DNA of 32,000 nt, from the NCBI RefSeq assembly GCF_005080705.1, contig NZ_CP032996.1, positions 60,001 to 92,000 of the forward strand. Direction: 5' to 3'. The first letter of the stretch is position 1, and every line of letters begins with the position of its first letter. Source of the DNA: Buchnera aphidicola (Therioaphis trifolii) (GTDB lineage Bacteria > Pseudomonadota > Gammaproteobacteria > Enterobacterales > Enterobacteriaceae). The notes under the pieces were generated by a model. The model did not search any database, had not been told where the DNA came from, and saw nothing but the letters and a program-made list of their open reading frames with translations. Positions 8,846 to 20,522 of the stretch are shown here, in pieces. A program made the position numbers and the translations under genes.

Positions 8846-8963
8846 TTTTTAAATTTTATATAATGAAATTATAGTTGAATTTTTTTTTAAAATGTATTAT
8901 TTTATATTATTAATATAATATTTTATTTTTTAATTAATGATATTAAAATATAAAAGGATAACA

Positions 8964-9914
8964 ATGAATCAATTGAATGAATTAAAAAAAATTACAACAA
9001 TTGTTGCAGATACTGGAGATGTTAATGAAATTAAAAAATACGAACCAATTGATGCTACAACAAATCCTTCTTTAATTCTTCAAACTATGAATATATCAGC
9101 ATATCATAATTTGATTATAGATGCTGTTAATTATGGAAAAAAAATTGGAAATTTTATAAAGGATAAAATTACACATGCAAGTGATAAAATTTTAGTTAAT
9201 ATTGGTAAAGAAATTTTAAAATATATACCTGGTAAAGTATCAAGTGAAATTGATTCAAGACTTTCTTTTAATACAGAATTATGTATTTTAAAAGCTAAAA
9301 AAATTATTAATATGTATGAAGATTTAGGAATATCTAGATCAAGAATATTAATTAAATTAGCATCTACTTGGGAATGTATTCAAGCAGCAAAAGAATTACA
9401 AAAAGATGATATTCATTGTAATTTAACATTATTATTTTCTTTTGCACAAGCAAAAGCTTGCGCTGAATCTAATGTGTTTTTAATTTCTCCATTTGTTGGT
9501 CGAATTTATGATTGGTATTATCAAAATAAATTAATAAAAAATTATAATTCTAGTACTGATCCTGGGGTTGTATCATTAAAAAAAATATATAAATATTATA
9601 AACAATATGGGTATAAGACTATTATTATGGGTGCTAGTTTTCGTAATATTGAACAAATTTTAGAGTTATCTGGTTGTGATTATTTAACTATTTCTCCTAT
9701 TTTTCTTAAACAATTAAAAAATAATGTTGGAAAAGTTATAAGAAAATTAATTCCTGAAACTATTATTAAAAAACCAAAATATATTTTAAATGAATCTGAA
9801 TTTAGATGGGAACATAATCAAGATAGAATGGCTGTAGAAAAATTATCAGAAGGAATACGTCAATTTAGTAATGATCAAGAAAAATTAGAAAAAATATTAT
9901 ATTCATTTTTTTAA
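8964..9914 (+). CDS. talA: Transaldolase
   Basis: [19 protein letters not shown]...DATTNPSL...[10 protein letters not shown]...[13 protein letters not shown] is colinear with E. coli TalA (MNELDGIKQFTTVVADSGD...). AAGGA lies upstream of the ATG at 8964. The ORF-track start at 8937 adds 9 non-homologous residues. Confidence 0.92.
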   Translation: MNQLNELKKITTIVADTGDVNEIKKYEPIDATTNPSLILQTMNISAYHNLIIDAVNYGKKIGNFIKDKITHASDKILVNIGKEILKYIPGKVSSEIDSRLSFNTELCILKAKKIINMYEDLGISRSRILIKLASTWECIQAAKELQKDDIHCNLTLLFSFAQAKACAESNVFLISPFVGRIYDWYYQNKLIKNYNSSTDPGVVSLKKIYKYYKQYGYKTIIMGASFRNIEQILELSGCDYLTISPIFLKQLKNNVGKVIRKLIPETIIKKPKYILNESEFRWEHNQDRMAVEKLSEGIRQFSNDQEKLEKILYSFF

Positions 9915-9955
9915 AATAACTTTAATCTTTTAATCTAATACATAGGAATGTAATT

Positions 9956-11950
9956 GTGTGCTCTAGACAAGAATTAGCTAATGCAATTCGAGTTTTAAGT
10001 ATTGATGCAATTCAAGAAGCGAATTCTGGACATCCTGGAGCTCCTATGGGTATGGCAGATATAGCTGAAGTTTTATGGAGAAGTTTTTTAAAATATAATC
10101 CAAATAATCCATATTGGGATAATAGAGATCGTGTTATTTTATCCAATGGACATGCATCAATGTTGTTATATAGTGTATTACATTTAACTGGATATGATAT
10201 ATCAATAGATGATTTAAAAAATTTTAGAAAATTATATTCTAAAACTCCTGGTCATCCAGAAATTGATTCTACTCCAGGAGTAGAAATTACAACTGGTCCT
10301 TTAGGACAAGGATTAGCTTCTGCTGTAGGTATGGCTATTGCAGAAAAAATACTTGCATCATATTTTAATCGACCAAAATATAATATTGTAGATCATTATA
10401 CTTGGGTATTTGCAGGCGATGGTTGTTTAATGGAAGGTATTTCTCATGAAGCATGTTCTTTAGCTGGAACTTGGAAACTTGGAAAATTAATTTTAATGTA
10501 TGATAATAATAAAATTTCAATTGATGGTAATGTTTGTGATTGGTTTAATGATGATACAGAAAAACGTTTTCAATCATATAATTGGCATGTTATTAATAAT
10601 GTAGATGGACATAATTCAAATGCTATTTTAAACGCTATGAATTGTGCTAAAAATATTACTGATAAACCTTCTATTATCATATTTAATACTACTATTGGTT
10701 TTGGTTCTCCTAATAAGTCTGGTACAGCTGAAGTTCATGGATCTCCTTTAGGAATACAAGAAATTATATTAACAAAAAAAAAATTAAATTGGAAATATCC
10801 TCCATTTTATATTCCAGATGAAATTTATCATCATTGGAATTTTTGTAAAATTGGAAAAAAAATAGAAGATAAATGGAATGTTTTATTTTCAAAATATAAA
10901 ATAGATTATCCGAAATTATCAAATGAATATATTCGTCGAATGTCTGGATTATTACCATCAAATTGGTCAGATAAAATATTAAAATTAATTAATAATAATA
11001 ATATTAATAATAAATCTATTGCGACTCGTCAATCTTCTCAGAATATATTAGAATATTTTGGAAAAATATTACCTGAATTATTAGGTGGTTCTGCAGATTT
11101 AGCTCCAAGTAATTTAACTATGTGGTCTGGTTCTATTTCAATTAATAAAAAACAATCAGGTAATTATATTCATTATGGTGTTCGTGAATTCGGAATGACT
11201 AGTATTGCTAATGGAATATCTCAACATGGTGGATTTATTCCTTATACAGCAACCTTTTTAGTATTTTTAGATTATGCTAAAAATGCAGTTCGTATGTCTT
11301 CATTAATGAAAATAAGACAAATCATGTTATATACACATGATTCAATTGGATTAGGAGAAGATGGTCCTACACATCAACCTATTGAACAATTATCTCATTT
11401 ACGTTCTATACCAAATATGAGTGTTTGGAGACCTAGTGATAATTTAGAAACAATCATTGCTTGGAAATTTGCAATAGAACGTTATCAAGGTCCTACTGCT
11501 CTAGTATTATCTCGTCAAAATTTATCACAATTATCACGTAATAAAGTTGTAATTAATAATATTATTCGTGGAGGATATATTTTAAATGATTTTGGTAAAA
11601 ATATTGACATTATTTTAATTTCTACTGGATCTGAAGTACAATTAACATTATTAGCTGCTCGTAAAATTCATGATTTAGGATATGGTGTTAGAGTGGTTTC
11701 TATGCCATCTACTGATGTTTTTGATCATCAAGATTCTAATTATAAATTATCTGTTTTACCTGATAATATTAAAAAACGTATTGTAATTGAAGCTAGTCAT
11801 TCAAATTTTTGGTATAAATATGTCGGTTTTGATGGAAAAATTATTGGAATTGATAAATTTGGTGAATCTGCTCCTGCAATTGATTTATTTGAAAAATTTG
11901 GTTTTACAGTAGATAATATTATTAAAATTGCAAAACAATTATTAGAATAA
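9956..11950 (+). CDS. tktB: Transketolase, GTG start
   Basis: (M)[40 protein letters not shown] is nearly identical to E. coli Tkt. [13 protein letters not shown] and [20 protein letters not shown] are present. The gene is adjacent to talA, as in the E. coli talA-tktB operon. Confidence 0.95.
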   Translation: MCSRQELANAIRVLSIDAIQEANSGHPGAPMGMADIAEVLWRSFLKYNPNNPYWDNRDRVILSNGHASMLLYSVLHLTGYDISIDDLKNFRKLYSKTPGHPEIDSTPGVEITTGPLGQGLASAVGMAIAEKILASYFNRPKYNIVDHYTWVFAGDGCLMEGISHEACSLAGTWKLGKLILMYDNNKISIDGNVCDWFNDDTEKRFQSYNWHVINNVDGHNSNAILNAMNCAKNITDKPSIIIFNTTIGFGSPNKSGTAEVHGSPLGIQEIILTKKKLNWKYPPFYIPDEIYHHWNFCKIGKKIEDKWNVLFSKYKIDYPKLSNEYIRRMSGLLPSNWSDKILKLINNNNINNKSIATRQSSQNILEYFGKILPELLGGSADLAPSNLTMWSGSISINKKQSGNYIHYGVREFGMTSIANGISQHGGFIPYTATFLVFLDYAKNAVRMSSLMKIRQIMLYTHDSIGLGEDGPTHQPIEQLSHLRSIPNMSVWRPSDNLETIIAWKFAIERYQGPTALVLSRQNLSQLSRNKVVINNIIRGGYILNDFGKNIDIILISTGSEVQLTLLAARKIHDLGYGVRVVSMPSTDVFDHQDSNYKLSVLPDNIKKRIVIEASHSNFWYKYVGFDGKIIGIDKFGESAPAIDLFEKFGFTVDNIIKIAKQLLE

Positions 11951-12012
11951 TATATATTTTAATATAAAATAAAATTTATTTAATATTTCATTTTAAATAA
12001 TTGAGTAAAATT

Positions 12013-13143
12013 ATGTATTGTCCAATTTTTTTTTTAGCAAAAGAGTTAATTTCTATACCATCTATTAGTCCTTTTGATTATTCCTGTCAAAATATTATTG
12101 CTCGAAGATTATTGATAATAGGTTTCAATATAATGCTTTTTAAAAATAAAAATACGAATAATTTATGGGCTTATAAAGGTCAAGGATTAACATTATCTTT
12201 TGCTGGACATACAGATGTTGTTCCACCTGGAAATATAAAGTGTTGGAAATATTTACCATTTTCTCCAATATTAAAAAATGGATTTTTATTTGGTAGAGGT
12301 TCATCTGATATGAAAGGATCATTAGCAGCTATGATTATAGCTGCTGAAAGGTTTATAATTTTAAATAAAAAAAATTATTCAGGAAGATTATCATTTTTAA
12401 TTACATCAGATGAAGAATCAATTGCAAAAGATGGTACTATTCGTATTATAGAATATTTAAATTCAATTAATGATTATATTAATTATTGTATTATTGGAGA
12501 ACCCACAAGTTTTAAAAATATTGGTGATACTATAAAAATTGGTAGAAGGGGTTCATTACATGCTCATTTATCTATTTTTGGTATTCAAGGTCATATAGCA
12601 TATCCTCAATTTGCTGATAATCCAATTCATAATGTTATTCCATTTTTAAAAAAATTAATTAAAGTAGTTTGGACTTCTGGTAATAAACATTTTATACCAA
12701 CAAATATGCAAATATCAAATATTAATTCTACAAATAATAGTGAAAATATTATTCCTGGAGAATTGAGTATTAATTTTAATTTTAGATTTGGAACAGATAT
12801 CACAATTAATCAAATTAAATCAAAAGTATATTTTTTATTAAATATGTTTAATTTAAAATATAAAATTATTTGGCGATTATCTGGAGAACCCTTTTTAACT
12901 AAATCTCATTATTTAATAAAAATAACAAAAAATGCAATTAAAAAACATAATTATATTAATATTAATTTATCCACAGATGGTGGAATATCTGATGGAAGAT
13001 TTATAAAAAAAATTAGTAACGAAATTATAGAATTAGGCCCAAAAAATAATACTATACATAAAATTAATGAATGTGTTGAAATGAAAGATTTACAATTATT
13101 AAGTTTAATGTATCAAGATATTATTAAAAATATATTAATATAG
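12013..13143 (+). CDS. dapE: Succinyl-diaminopimelate desuccinylase
   Basis: LSFAGHTDVVPPG, GRGSSDMKGSLAAM, SDEE and GEPT metal-site motifs of M20 DapE are present, colinear with E. coli DapE. The ATG at 12013 (MYCPIFFLAKELISIPSISP ~ [20 protein letters not shown]) is preferred over the TTG at 12001. Confidence 0.9.
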   Translation: MYCPIFFLAKELISIPSISPFDYSCQNIIARRLLIIGFNIMLFKNKNTNNLWAYKGQGLTLSFAGHTDVVPPGNIKCWKYLPFSPILKNGFLFGRGSSDMKGSLAAMIIAAERFIILNKKNYSGRLSFLITSDEESIAKDGTIRIIEYLNSINDYINYCIIGEPTSFKNIGDTIKIGRRGSLHAHLSIFGIQGHIAYPQFADNPIHNVIPFLKKLIKVVWTSGNKHFIPTNMQISNINSTNNSENIIPGELSINFNFRFGTDITINQIKSKVYFLLNMFNLKYKIIWRLSGEPFLTKSHYLIKITKNAIKKHNYININLSTDGGISDGRFIKKISNEIIELGPKNNTIHKINECVEMKDLQLLSLMYQDIIKNILI

Positions 13144-13153
13144 TTTTTATTTT

Positions 13154-13189
13154 TTCAGAGTACCAAAATGATACTCTGTGAATTTTTTT
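13154..13189 (+). terminator. Intrinsic terminator downstream of dapE
   Basis: The stem is ttcagagta (13154-13162) / tactctg-t-gaa (13172-13182), with a one-base bulge and loop ccaaaatga. T7 (13183-13189) follows directly. The stem is one of the few G/C-containing stretches in a spacer. Confidence 0.65.
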
Positions 13190-13203
13190 GAAATATTAAA
13201 TAA

Positions 13204-14085
13204 TTAAAATTTTATATTAGATTTTATTAAAGCATTATGTAATATTAACTGTGAATTATATGATAATGGTGTTAATGGTAATCTTAATTTTTGATTTTTA
13301 ATCATTCCTAATTTCCATGTTGCCCATTTTATAGGTATTGGATTTGGTTCTAAAAATAATGCTTGATGTATTGGAATTAATTTTTCATTAATAATTCTTG
13401 CATTATGAAAATTATTTTTTAAAGCTAATTCACACATTTTAGACATTTCCTTGGCAGCTATATTTGCTGTTACAGATATTACACCATCTCCTCCTAATTG
13501 CATAAAATCTAAAGCAGTAATATCATCTCCACTAATTATTAAAAAATTATTTTTTACATATTGTTTAATTTGATGTATTCTTGTAAGATCTCCAGTAGCT
13601 TCTTTAATTCCTATAATATTTTTTAATTTTGATAATTTAATTATAGTTTTTGGTTTTATATCACAACCAGTTCTACTAGGAACATTATATAATATTTGTG
13701 GAATATCTGTACTTTCTGAAATTGCTTTAAAGTGTTGATATAAACCATCTTGAGTAGGTTTATTATAATATGGAACTACACTTAAACAACCAGCAATACC
13801 TGAATTTTCTAATTTTTTTGTTAATAAAACAGCTTCTGTTGTTGAATTAGCACCTGTTCCCGCAATAATTGGTATTTTACCTTCTGCAAATTCTATTGTT
13901 TGTAATACAACAGATTTATGTTCTTCTTGGTTTAATGTTGCAGATTCTCCTGTTGTTCCAACAGAAACAATGGCTTTAGTATTATTTTTAATATGGTATT
14001 GAACAAGTTTTTTTAAACTTTTTTTACAAATTTTTCCTTGTTCGTTCATTGGTGTAATAATTGCAACAATACTTCCTTTGAACAT
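13204..14085 (-). CDS. dapA: 4-hydroxy-tetrahydrodipicolinate synthase
   Basis: [13 protein letters not shown]...[10 protein letters not shown]...YNVPSRTG...GIKEATG is colinear with E. coli DapA (292 aa). Confidence 0.95.
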   Translation of the reverse strand: MFKGSIVAIITPMNEQGKICKKSLKKLVQYHIKNNTKAIVSVGTTGESATLNQEEHKSVVLQTIEFAEGKIPIIAGTGANSTTEAVLLTKKLENSGIAGCLSVVPYYNKPTQDGLYQHFKAISESTDIPQILYNVPSRTGCDIKPKTIIKLSKLKNIIGIKEATGDLTRIHQIKQYVKNNFLIISGDDITALDFMQLGGDGVISVTANIAAKEMSKMCELALKNNFHNARIINEKLIPIHQALFLEPNPIPIKWATWKLGMIKNQKLRLPLTPLSYNSQLILHNALIKSNIKF

Positions 14086-14147
14086 ATATTTTCTCCAATA
14101 TAATTAATAATATATTATATTATTAATATTTTATAATATATTTTTTT

Positions 14148-14174
14148 TATACTACTAAATTGATTAGTAGTATA
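14148..14174. repeat. Perfect 11-bp inverted repeat in the aroC-dapA spacer
   Basis: tatactactaa (14148-14158), loop attga, ttagtagtata (14164-14174). On the transcribed (minus) strand an A-run follows it rather than a U-run, so it is not a canonical terminator. Confidence 0.6.
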
Positions 14175-14200
14175 ATATTATAAATTGATTATATAAAAAT

Positions 14201-15286
14201 TTATTTTTTGTTAGATATTTGTGTTATTTTTCCACATTGGGATTGAAATCGTAATAAATGATCCATAATAATAATTGCAGTCATAGCTTCTGCTATTGGA
14301 ACTGCTCGAATACCTACACAAGGATCATGCCTACCTTTAATTTGTATATTGACATTTTCATTATTTTTATTAATTGTATTAATTGGGATATTAATACTAG
14401 AAGTTGGTTTTAATGCAATTTTTGCAATAATAGGTTCTCCATTACTAATGCCTCCTAATATTCCTCCAGAGTGATTACTTAAAAATCCTGTTTTTGATAT
14501 TTCATCTCTATTTTCACTACCTAATTGATTAATAACAGAAAATCCATCTCCTATTTCAATACCCTTAACTGCATTAATACTCATTAATGCATGTGCTAAA
14601 TCTGCATCTAATCGATCAAATACTGGCTCTCCTAATCCTGATGGTACATTATTACAAATAATTGTAATTTCAGCACCTATAGAATTTTTATTTTTTTTTA
14701 ATTCTTTAATTTTATTTTTTAAAATTTCTATTTTATTAATATCTGGACAAAAAAAAGGATTTTTATTAATTATATTCCAAGATTTTAATTTACATTTAAT
14801 AGAACCTAATTGAGATAAATAACCTCTAATTTTAATATTATATATATTTTTTAAATATTGTTTAGCAAATGCTCCTGCTGCTACTCTCATTGCTGTTTCT
14901 CGAGCTGAAGATCTTCCACCTCCTCTATGATCTCTAACTTTATATTTTTTATAATATGTATAATCAGCATGACCTGGTCGAAATATATTTTTTAAATTAT
15001 TATAATCTTGTGATCTTTGATCTATATTATCAATTGTTAATCCTATACTTGTTCCTGTTGTTATTCCATTAAATACACCGGATAAAATATTTATTTTATC
15101 CATTTCACGACGTTGTGTAGTATATTGTGAAGTTCCAGGTTTTCTTCGATTTAATTCGTTTTGTATATATTTTTTTGATATTTTTATTCCAGGTGGCATA
15201 CCATCTATAATACAACCTAAAGATACTCCATGTGATTCTCCAAAAGTATGTACTCTAAAAATATGACCAATTGTATTTCCAGGCAT
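14201..15286 (-). CDS. aroC: Chorismate synthase
   Basis: [20 protein letters not shown]...RPGHADYTY...[11 protein letters not shown]...GRHDPCVG is colinear with E. coli AroC (361 aa). Confidence 0.95.
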   Translation of the reverse strand: MPGNTIGHIFRVHTFGESHGVSLGCIIDGMPPGIKISKKYIQNELNRRKPGTSQYTTQRREMDKINILSGVFNGITTGTSIGLTIDNIDQRSQDYNNLKNIFRPGHADYTYYKKYKVRDHRGGGRSSARETAMRVAAGAFAKQYLKNIYNIKIRGYLSQLGSIKCKLKSWNIINKNPFFCPDINKIEILKNKIKELKKNKNSIGAEITIICNNVPSGLGEPVFDRLDADLAHALMSINAVKGIEIGDGFSVINQLGSENRDEISKTGFLSNHSGGILGGISNGEPIIAKIALKPTSSINIPINTINKNNENVNIQIKGRHDPCVGIRAVPIAEAMTAIIIMDHLLRFQSQCGKITQISNKK

Positions 15287-15533
15287 AATAAATCTCCAAA
15301 TATGTTTTAATAATTATATTGATACTAAATGATATCAATTTATATAATTTTTAATTGAATTTATAATTTATTATGTTAAATTTTTAATTATATTAATTTG
15401 ATTTTTATAAAATATTTATAAATTTGTTATTATTAATAATAATTATTTAAAAAATATTTTTTTAATAATTATATTTTTTTTATAATTAATAATATTAATT
15501 TAAATATATAATAATTTTTTTGGAATAAATTTT

Positions 15534-16070
15534 ATGAAAAAAAAAAAAAATCCTATTCTTGATGATTTATCCTGTTTTTATAAAGAATTAAAAGATGTAA
15601 AAAAAATGAAACAAGATACTGTATTTCATAGTAAACCTTATAAATTATATCAAAAAAATATTGAAAAAAGAAATATTTGTAATCAAGATGCACATATACA
15701 ATTTTTTAATACTAATTCTTATAAAAATATTATTAAAAAAAATTCTGTATCATATGTTCGAGAGAATTCTTTAAATCATGAATTAATAAAATTAAAAAAT
15801 AAAGTTTATATTCCTGAGATTACTTTAGATCTTCATGGTTTAAATCAATTACAATCAAAAAAAGAATTAGGAAAAATTATTATTTTATGTTGTGAACAAA
15901 AAATATTTTGTTTTTCAGTAATACATGGTCATGGAAAAAATATATTAAAAAATCAAATTCCTATTTGGTTATCAAATCATCCTAATGTTCTTTCTTTTTG
16001 TCAATTAAAAAAGAAATTTAAAAAAAATACAACATTATATGTTTTGATAGATTATAATAATCATTATTAA
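15534..16070 (+). CDS. smrB: Smr-domain endonuclease SmrB (YfcN)
   Basis: LDLHGLNQLQSKKELGKIIILCCEQKIFCFSVIHGHGKNILKNQIPIWLSNHPNVLSF matches E. coli SmrB [58 protein letters not shown]. The gene is divergent from aroC, as in E. coli. Confidence 0.85.
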   Translation: MKKKKNPILDDLSCFYKELKDVKKMKQDTVFHSKPYKLYQKNIEKRNICNQDAHIQFFNTNSYKNIIKKNSVSYVRENSLNHELIKLKNKVYIPEITLDLHGLNQLQSKKELGKIIILCCEQKIFCFSVIHGHGKNILKNQIPIWLSNHPNVLSFCQLKKKFKKNTTLYVLIDYNNHY

Positions 16071-16150
16071 AGTAAAAATTTTATATTTTTAAAAATATTT
16101 TAAAAAAAAATTATATTAAAATTTTTAAGTATGTTATCAAAGGTAAATTA

Positions 16151-17050
16151 ATGTTGAATAAAAATCGGTTACGTATTGCTATTCAAAAATCTGGTCGTTT
16201 AAGTCAAGAATCTATTAAATTATTGACTAAGTGTGGTATAAAAATTAATTTAAAACAACAACAATTAATTTCATTTTCTGAAAATATGCCTATTGATGTT
16301 GTAAGAGTTCGAGATGATGATATTCCAGGTTTAGTAATGGATCAAGTGGTAGATTTAGGTATTATTGGTAAAAATGTTATAGAAGAAGAATCTTTAAGAA
16401 GAAATATTGATCCAAAAAAAATATTATATACTATTTTACAACGTTTAGATTTTGGATCATGTAGATTATCTTTATCAATACCTATTAGTCAAAAATATAT
16501 AAATTTAAAATCATTAAATAATTTTAGAATTGCAACTTCTTATCCCTATTTATTAAAAAAATATTTAGATCAAAAAAAAATTAATTTTAATTTTTTTATA
16601 TTAAATGGTTCTGTAGAAGTTGCACCCAGTGCCGGTTTATCTGATGCTATATGTGATTTAGTTTCAACAGGTGCAACTTTAGAAGCTAATGGTTTAAAAG
16701 AAGTTGAAGTAATTTATTCTTCTACTGCTTGTTTAGTATCACGAACAGGAGATGTTTCGGATATTAAAAAAATATTAATTAATAAACTTATGACAAGAAT
16801 TCAGGGTGTAATTAAAGCTAGGGAATCTAAATATATTATGTTACATGCTCCATATTCTAAATTACAATCTGTTATATCATTATTACATGGAGCAGAACAT
16901 CCAACAGTATCTAAATTAGCAGGAGAAACAGATAAAGTAGCAATTCATATGGTTAGTAGTGAAACATTATTTTGGGAAACTATGGAAAAATTAAAAATTT
17001 TAGGTGCTAGTTCAATTTTAGTTTTACCAATTGAAAAAATGATGGAATAA
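16151..17050 (+). CDS. hisG: ATP phosphoribosyltransferase (long form)
   Basis: A 299-aa protein; [15 protein letters not shown]...[14 protein letters not shown]...and the C-terminal regulatory domain are present. It is the first gene of the his cluster. Confidence 0.94.
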   Translation: MLNKNRLRIAIQKSGRLSQESIKLLTKCGIKINLKQQQLISFSENMPIDVVRVRDDDIPGLVMDQVVDLGIIGKNVIEEESLRRNIDPKKILYTILQRLDFGSCRLSLSIPISQKYINLKSLNNFRIATSYPYLLKKYLDQKKINFNFFILNGSVEVAPSAGLSDAICDLVSTGATLEANGLKEVEVIYSSTACLVSRTGDVSDIKKILINKLMTRIQGVIKARESKYIMLHAPYSKLQSVISLLHGAEHPTVSKLAGETDKVAIHMVSSETLFWETMEKLKILGASSILVLPIEKMME

Positions 17051-17053
17051 AAT

Positions 17054-18367
17054 ATGTTATTATATAATGAAATAATTTTTTGGAATGATTTAAATGAATT
17101 ACAAAAAAAAAATATATTATTAAGACCAAAAATTACTAAATTAGATAATTTTAAAAAAAAAGTTAAAAATATTTTAAATAATGTAAAAAATTTTGGAGAT
17201 GATGCTATATTAAAATATAATAAAAAATTTGATAATATTAATTTAAAACAAATTAAAGTTTCAAAAGATAAAATTAATAATTCATCATATTTTTTAAAAA
17301 ATGATTTAAAAAATGCAATTTTAACTGCAAAAAAAAATATTCAATTATTTCATCAAAATCAAAAATGTAAATCTTTAGATATTCATACTGCAGTTGGTAT
17401 ACGTTGTCAGCAAATTACTATTCCAATAGAATCAGTTGGATTATATGTACCTGCAGGATCTGCACCATTATTATCTACTGCATTGATGTTAGCAGTACCA
17501 GCTCATATTGCAGGTTGTAAAAATATTGTATTATGTTCACCTCCACCTATAACAAATGAAATTTTATATATATCAAAAATATGTAATATAAAAAATGTTT
17601 TTGAAGTTGGAGGTGCTCAAGCTATTGCTGCTCTTGGATTTGGAACTGAAACAGTACCAAAAGTTAATAAAATATTTGGTCCTGGTAATATGTATGTTAC
17701 TGAAGCTAAACGACAATTAAATAAATCATCATTAAATGTTTCTATTGATATGATTGCTGGTCCTTCAGAGTTATTAATTATTGCAGATGAAACTTCTGAT
17801 CCTATTTTTATTGCATCAGATATATTATCTCAATCTGAACATGGTCATGATTCACAAGTAATTGTTTTATCTGATAATATTTCTATATTAAAACAAACTA
17901 TATTTCAAGTAAATCAGCAAATACATAATTTATCTAGAAAAGATATTATTTTTGAATCTTTAAAGAATAGTAAATTTATATTAACAACAAATTTATTAGT
18001 ATGTACTCAAATATCTAATATTTATGCTCCTGAGCATTTAATTATTCAATCAAAATATTCAAGAAATATAGTTAAAGATATCATCAATGCTGGTTCTATA
18101 TTTTTGGGAAAATGGTCACCTGAATCTGTTGGAGATTATGCTTCAGGTACAAATCATGTTTTACCAACTCATGGTAATTCTGTTTTTGCTTCAGGATTAA
18201 GTATAACGGATTTTCAAAAAAAAATAACTATTCAAGAATTAACACCATTTGGTTTAAAAAATATTGCTAATGTTGTTAAAATATTATCTTTATCAGAAAA
18301 AATGGATGCTCATGCAAATGCTGTTATAGTACGTTGTAATTCTATTAAGGATAAATATGGAAAGTAA
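17054..18367 (+). CDS. hisD: Histidinol dehydrogenase
   Basis: GIRCQQITIPIESVGLYVPAGSAPL, VGGAQAIAALGFGTETVPKVNKIFGPGN, SQSEHG, YAPEHLII and GDYASGTNHVLPT match E. coli HisD. Confidence 0.95.
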   Translation: MLLYNEIIFWNDLNELQKKNILLRPKITKLDNFKKKVKNILNNVKNFGDDAILKYNKKFDNINLKQIKVSKDKINNSSYFLKNDLKNAILTAKKNIQLFHQNQKCKSLDIHTAVGIRCQQITIPIESVGLYVPAGSAPLLSTALMLAVPAHIAGCKNIVLCSPPPITNEILYISKICNIKNVFEVGGAQAIAALGFGTETVPKVNKIFGPGNMYVTEAKRQLNKSSLNVSIDMIAGPSELLIIADETSDPIFIASDILSQSEHGHDSQVIVLSDNISILKQTIFQVNQQIHNLSRKDIIFESLKNSKFILTTNLLVCTQISNIYAPEHLIIQSKYSRNIVKDIINAGSIFLGKWSPESVGDYASGTNHVLPTHGNSVFASGLSITDFQKKITIQELTPFGLKNIANVVKILSLSEKMDAHANAVIVRCNSIKDKYGK

Positions 18368-19427
18368 TATAAAAAAAATATCTCGAAAAGATATTGTTTT
18401 TTTAAAAGCATATAAATCAGCAAGAAAAATTGGAGGTAATGGTAATATTTGGTTAAATGCTAATGAATTTCCTGAATCAAGTATGTTTAATTTAAATAAT
18501 ATAAAATTAAATCGTTATCCTGATTGTCAACCAAAAGAATTAATTTTACGATATTCTATTTATTCAAATATTTCTATAAAAAATATATTAGTAAGTCGTG
18601 GATCTGATGAAGCAATTGAATTATTAATGAGAGTTTTTTGTATTCCAGGTAAAGATAGTATTATGACTTTTCCTCCTACTTATGGAATGTATTCTAAAAT
18701 TGCAGAAATTTATGGTATTAAAAATATATCTATTCCAATGATTGATAATATTTTTTTAGATTTATTAAAAATAAAAAAATATCTTTTTAAAACAAAAATA
18801 ATATATATATGTTCTCCAAATAATCCTACTGGTAATATTATTAATGTAGATATTATTATTAATATATTAAAGTTAACTCTTGGAAAAGTAATAGTTGTTA
18901 TTGATGAAGCATATATTGAATTTTGTATTAATAAAAGTATTATTTTTTTATTAAAACGTTTTTCAAATTTAGTTATTTTAAGAACATTATCAAAAGCTTT
19001 TGGTTTAGCTGGTATTCGTTGTGGATTTACATTAGCACATTCAGATATAATAAAATTATTAAAAAAAGTAATTGCACCTTATCCTTTACCTATTCCTTCA
19101 ATAAATATTGCAATACAAGCATTAAGTAAAACTGAAATTTTAAATATGAAAAATAAAGTTTTAAAATTAAATAATAATAAAATATGGTTATTAAATCAGT
19201 TAAAAAAAAATAATTTAATTAAACATATTTTTTATAGTGAAACGAATTATTTATTAGTGCATTTTTTTAATGCAAAAGATGTATTTCATATATTATGGAA
19301 TCAGGGTATAATTTTAAGACAACAAGATCACGAAATGACATTAAAAAATCATATTAGAATATCTATTGGTACGAAAAAAGAATGTTTATGTTTAATAAAT
19401 GCTTTGAAAAATATATCATTAAATTAA
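18357..19427 (+). CDS. hisC: Histidinol-phosphate aminotransferase
   Basis: YKSARKIGGNGNIWLNANEFP matches E. coli HisC [21 protein letters not shown]. The PLP-lysine context TLSKAFGLAGIRCGF is present. It overlaps hisD by 11 nt. Confidence 0.94.
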   Translation: MESNIKKISRKDIVFLKAYKSARKIGGNGNIWLNANEFPESSMFNLNNIKLNRYPDCQPKELILRYSIYSNISIKNILVSRGSDEAIELLMRVFCIPGKDSIMTFPPTYGMYSKIAEIYGIKNISIPMIDNIFLDLLKIKKYLFKTKIIYICSPNNPTGNIINVDIIINILKLTLGKVIVVIDEAYIEFCINKSIIFLLKRFSNLVILRTLSKAFGLAGIRCGFTLAHSDIIKLLKKVIAPYPLPIPSINIAIQALSKTEILNMKNKVLKLNNNKIWLLNQLKKNNLIKHIFYSETNYLLVHFFNAKDVFHILWNQGIILRQQDHEMTLKNHIRISIGTKKECLCLINALKNISLN

Positions 19428-19454
19428 TATTATTACCTTAAGGAATATTTTATT

Positions 19455-20522
19455 GTGCAAGAAAAAATATTATTTATTGATCGAGATGGTACTTTAATTC
19501 ATGAACCTACAGATAATCTTCAAGTTGATAAAATTGAAAAATTAATCTTTGAACCATTTGTTATTTTAACTTTAAAAAAATTGATTGCATTAAATTTTAA
19601 ATTAGTTATGGTAACAAATCAAGATGGATTATATACTGAGACATTTTCATATAATTCATTTATTGTACCCCATAAATGTATGGTTGATGTTTTTTATTCA
19701 CAGGGTATATTTTTTGAACATATATTAATATGTCCTCATTTTTTAAAAGATAATTGTAATTGTAGAAAACCTAAAACTGAATTAGTTGATTCATGGATTA
19801 TTCGAAATTCTTTAGATAAAAAAAATAGTTATGTTATTGGAGATCGTGAAACAGATTTAGAATTAGCAAACAATATGGGAATTTCAGGAATTTTATATAA
19901 TAAATATTATACAAATTGGAATCATATTTATAATATTATTGCTAAAAAAAATAGATATTTTAAAAAAATTCGTAATACTTTAGAAACAAAAATAAAAGTA
20001 GAACTATGGTTAGATCAAGTAGGAAAAAATACAATTAATACTGGAATTTATTTTTTTAATCATATGTTGGATCAAATTGCTATTCATAGTAATATTGTTA
20101 TGAATATTTTTGTAAAAGGTGATATCGAAGTTGATGATCATCATATTATAGAAGATACTGGTATTGTTTTAGGTCATGTAATTTTAAAATGTTTAGGAAA
20201 TAAATTAGGAATTAATAGATTTGGTTTTCATGTTCCTATGGATGAAAGTTCAGCATATTGTTTATTAGATTTTTCTGGTAGATCATATTTAAAATTTATT
20301 AGTAAATTTAATCGACAATTTGTTGGAGATTTCAATACAGATATGGTTGAACATTTTTTTAGATCATTATCTTATTCTATGAAAAGTACAATACATTTAA
20401 TTAGTATGGGTTTAAATGATCATCATAAAATTGAAGCTTTATTTAAATCTTTTGGTAAAGCTTTAGGTAAAGCAATTAAAATTTCAAGTAATATTTTACC
20501 TACTTCAAAAGGAATATTATAA
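19455..20522 (+). CDS. hisB: Bifunctional histidinol-phosphatase / imidazoleglycerol-phosphate dehydratase, GTG start
   Basis: LFIDRDGTLI...NQDG...CPH...CNCRKP (HAD phosphatase) followed by FFNHMLDQIA...DDHHIIEDTGI...NDHHKIEALFKSFG (IGPD). This is colinear with E. coli HisB (355 aa). AAGGAA lies upstream. Confidence 0.95.
   Translation: MQEKILFIDRDGTLIHEPTDNLQVDKIEKLIFEPFVILTLKKLIALNFKLVMVTNQDGLYTETFSYNSFIVPHKCMVDVFYSQGIFFEHILICPHFLKDNCNCRKPKTELVDSWIIRNSLDKKNSYVIGDRETDLELANNMGISGILYNKYYTNWNHIYNIIAKKNRYFKKIRNTLETKIKVELWLDQVGKNTINTGIYFFNHMLDQIAIHSNIVMNIFVKGDIEVDDHHIIEDTGIVLGHVILKCLGNKLGINRFGFHVPMDESSAYCLLDFSGRSYLKFISKFNRQFVGDFNTDMVEHFFRSLSYSMKSTIHLISMGLNDHHKIEALFKSFGKALGKAIKISSNILPTSKGIL

Noticed and set aside
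8937-8963. Upstream ATG extending transaldolase by 9 aa (MILKYKRIT)
   Set aside because: Homology to TalA begins exactly at MNQLNELKK (8964). An AAGGA Shine-Dalgarno sequence precedes that ATG, and the extension has no counterpart.
10764-10961. 65-aa minus-strand ORF. The same reasoning applies to the ORFs at 12140-12322 and 21771-21956.
   Set aside because: All three are antisense to highly conserved tktB, dapE and hisA/hisF coding sequence. They have low-complexity composition and no homology.
12001-12012. TTG start for dapE proposed by the ORF track
   Set aside because: The ATG at 12013 aligns with the E. coli DapE N-terminus (MSCPVIEL ~ MYCPIFFL). The TTG extension adds 4 unmatched residues. 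Some uncertainty remains.
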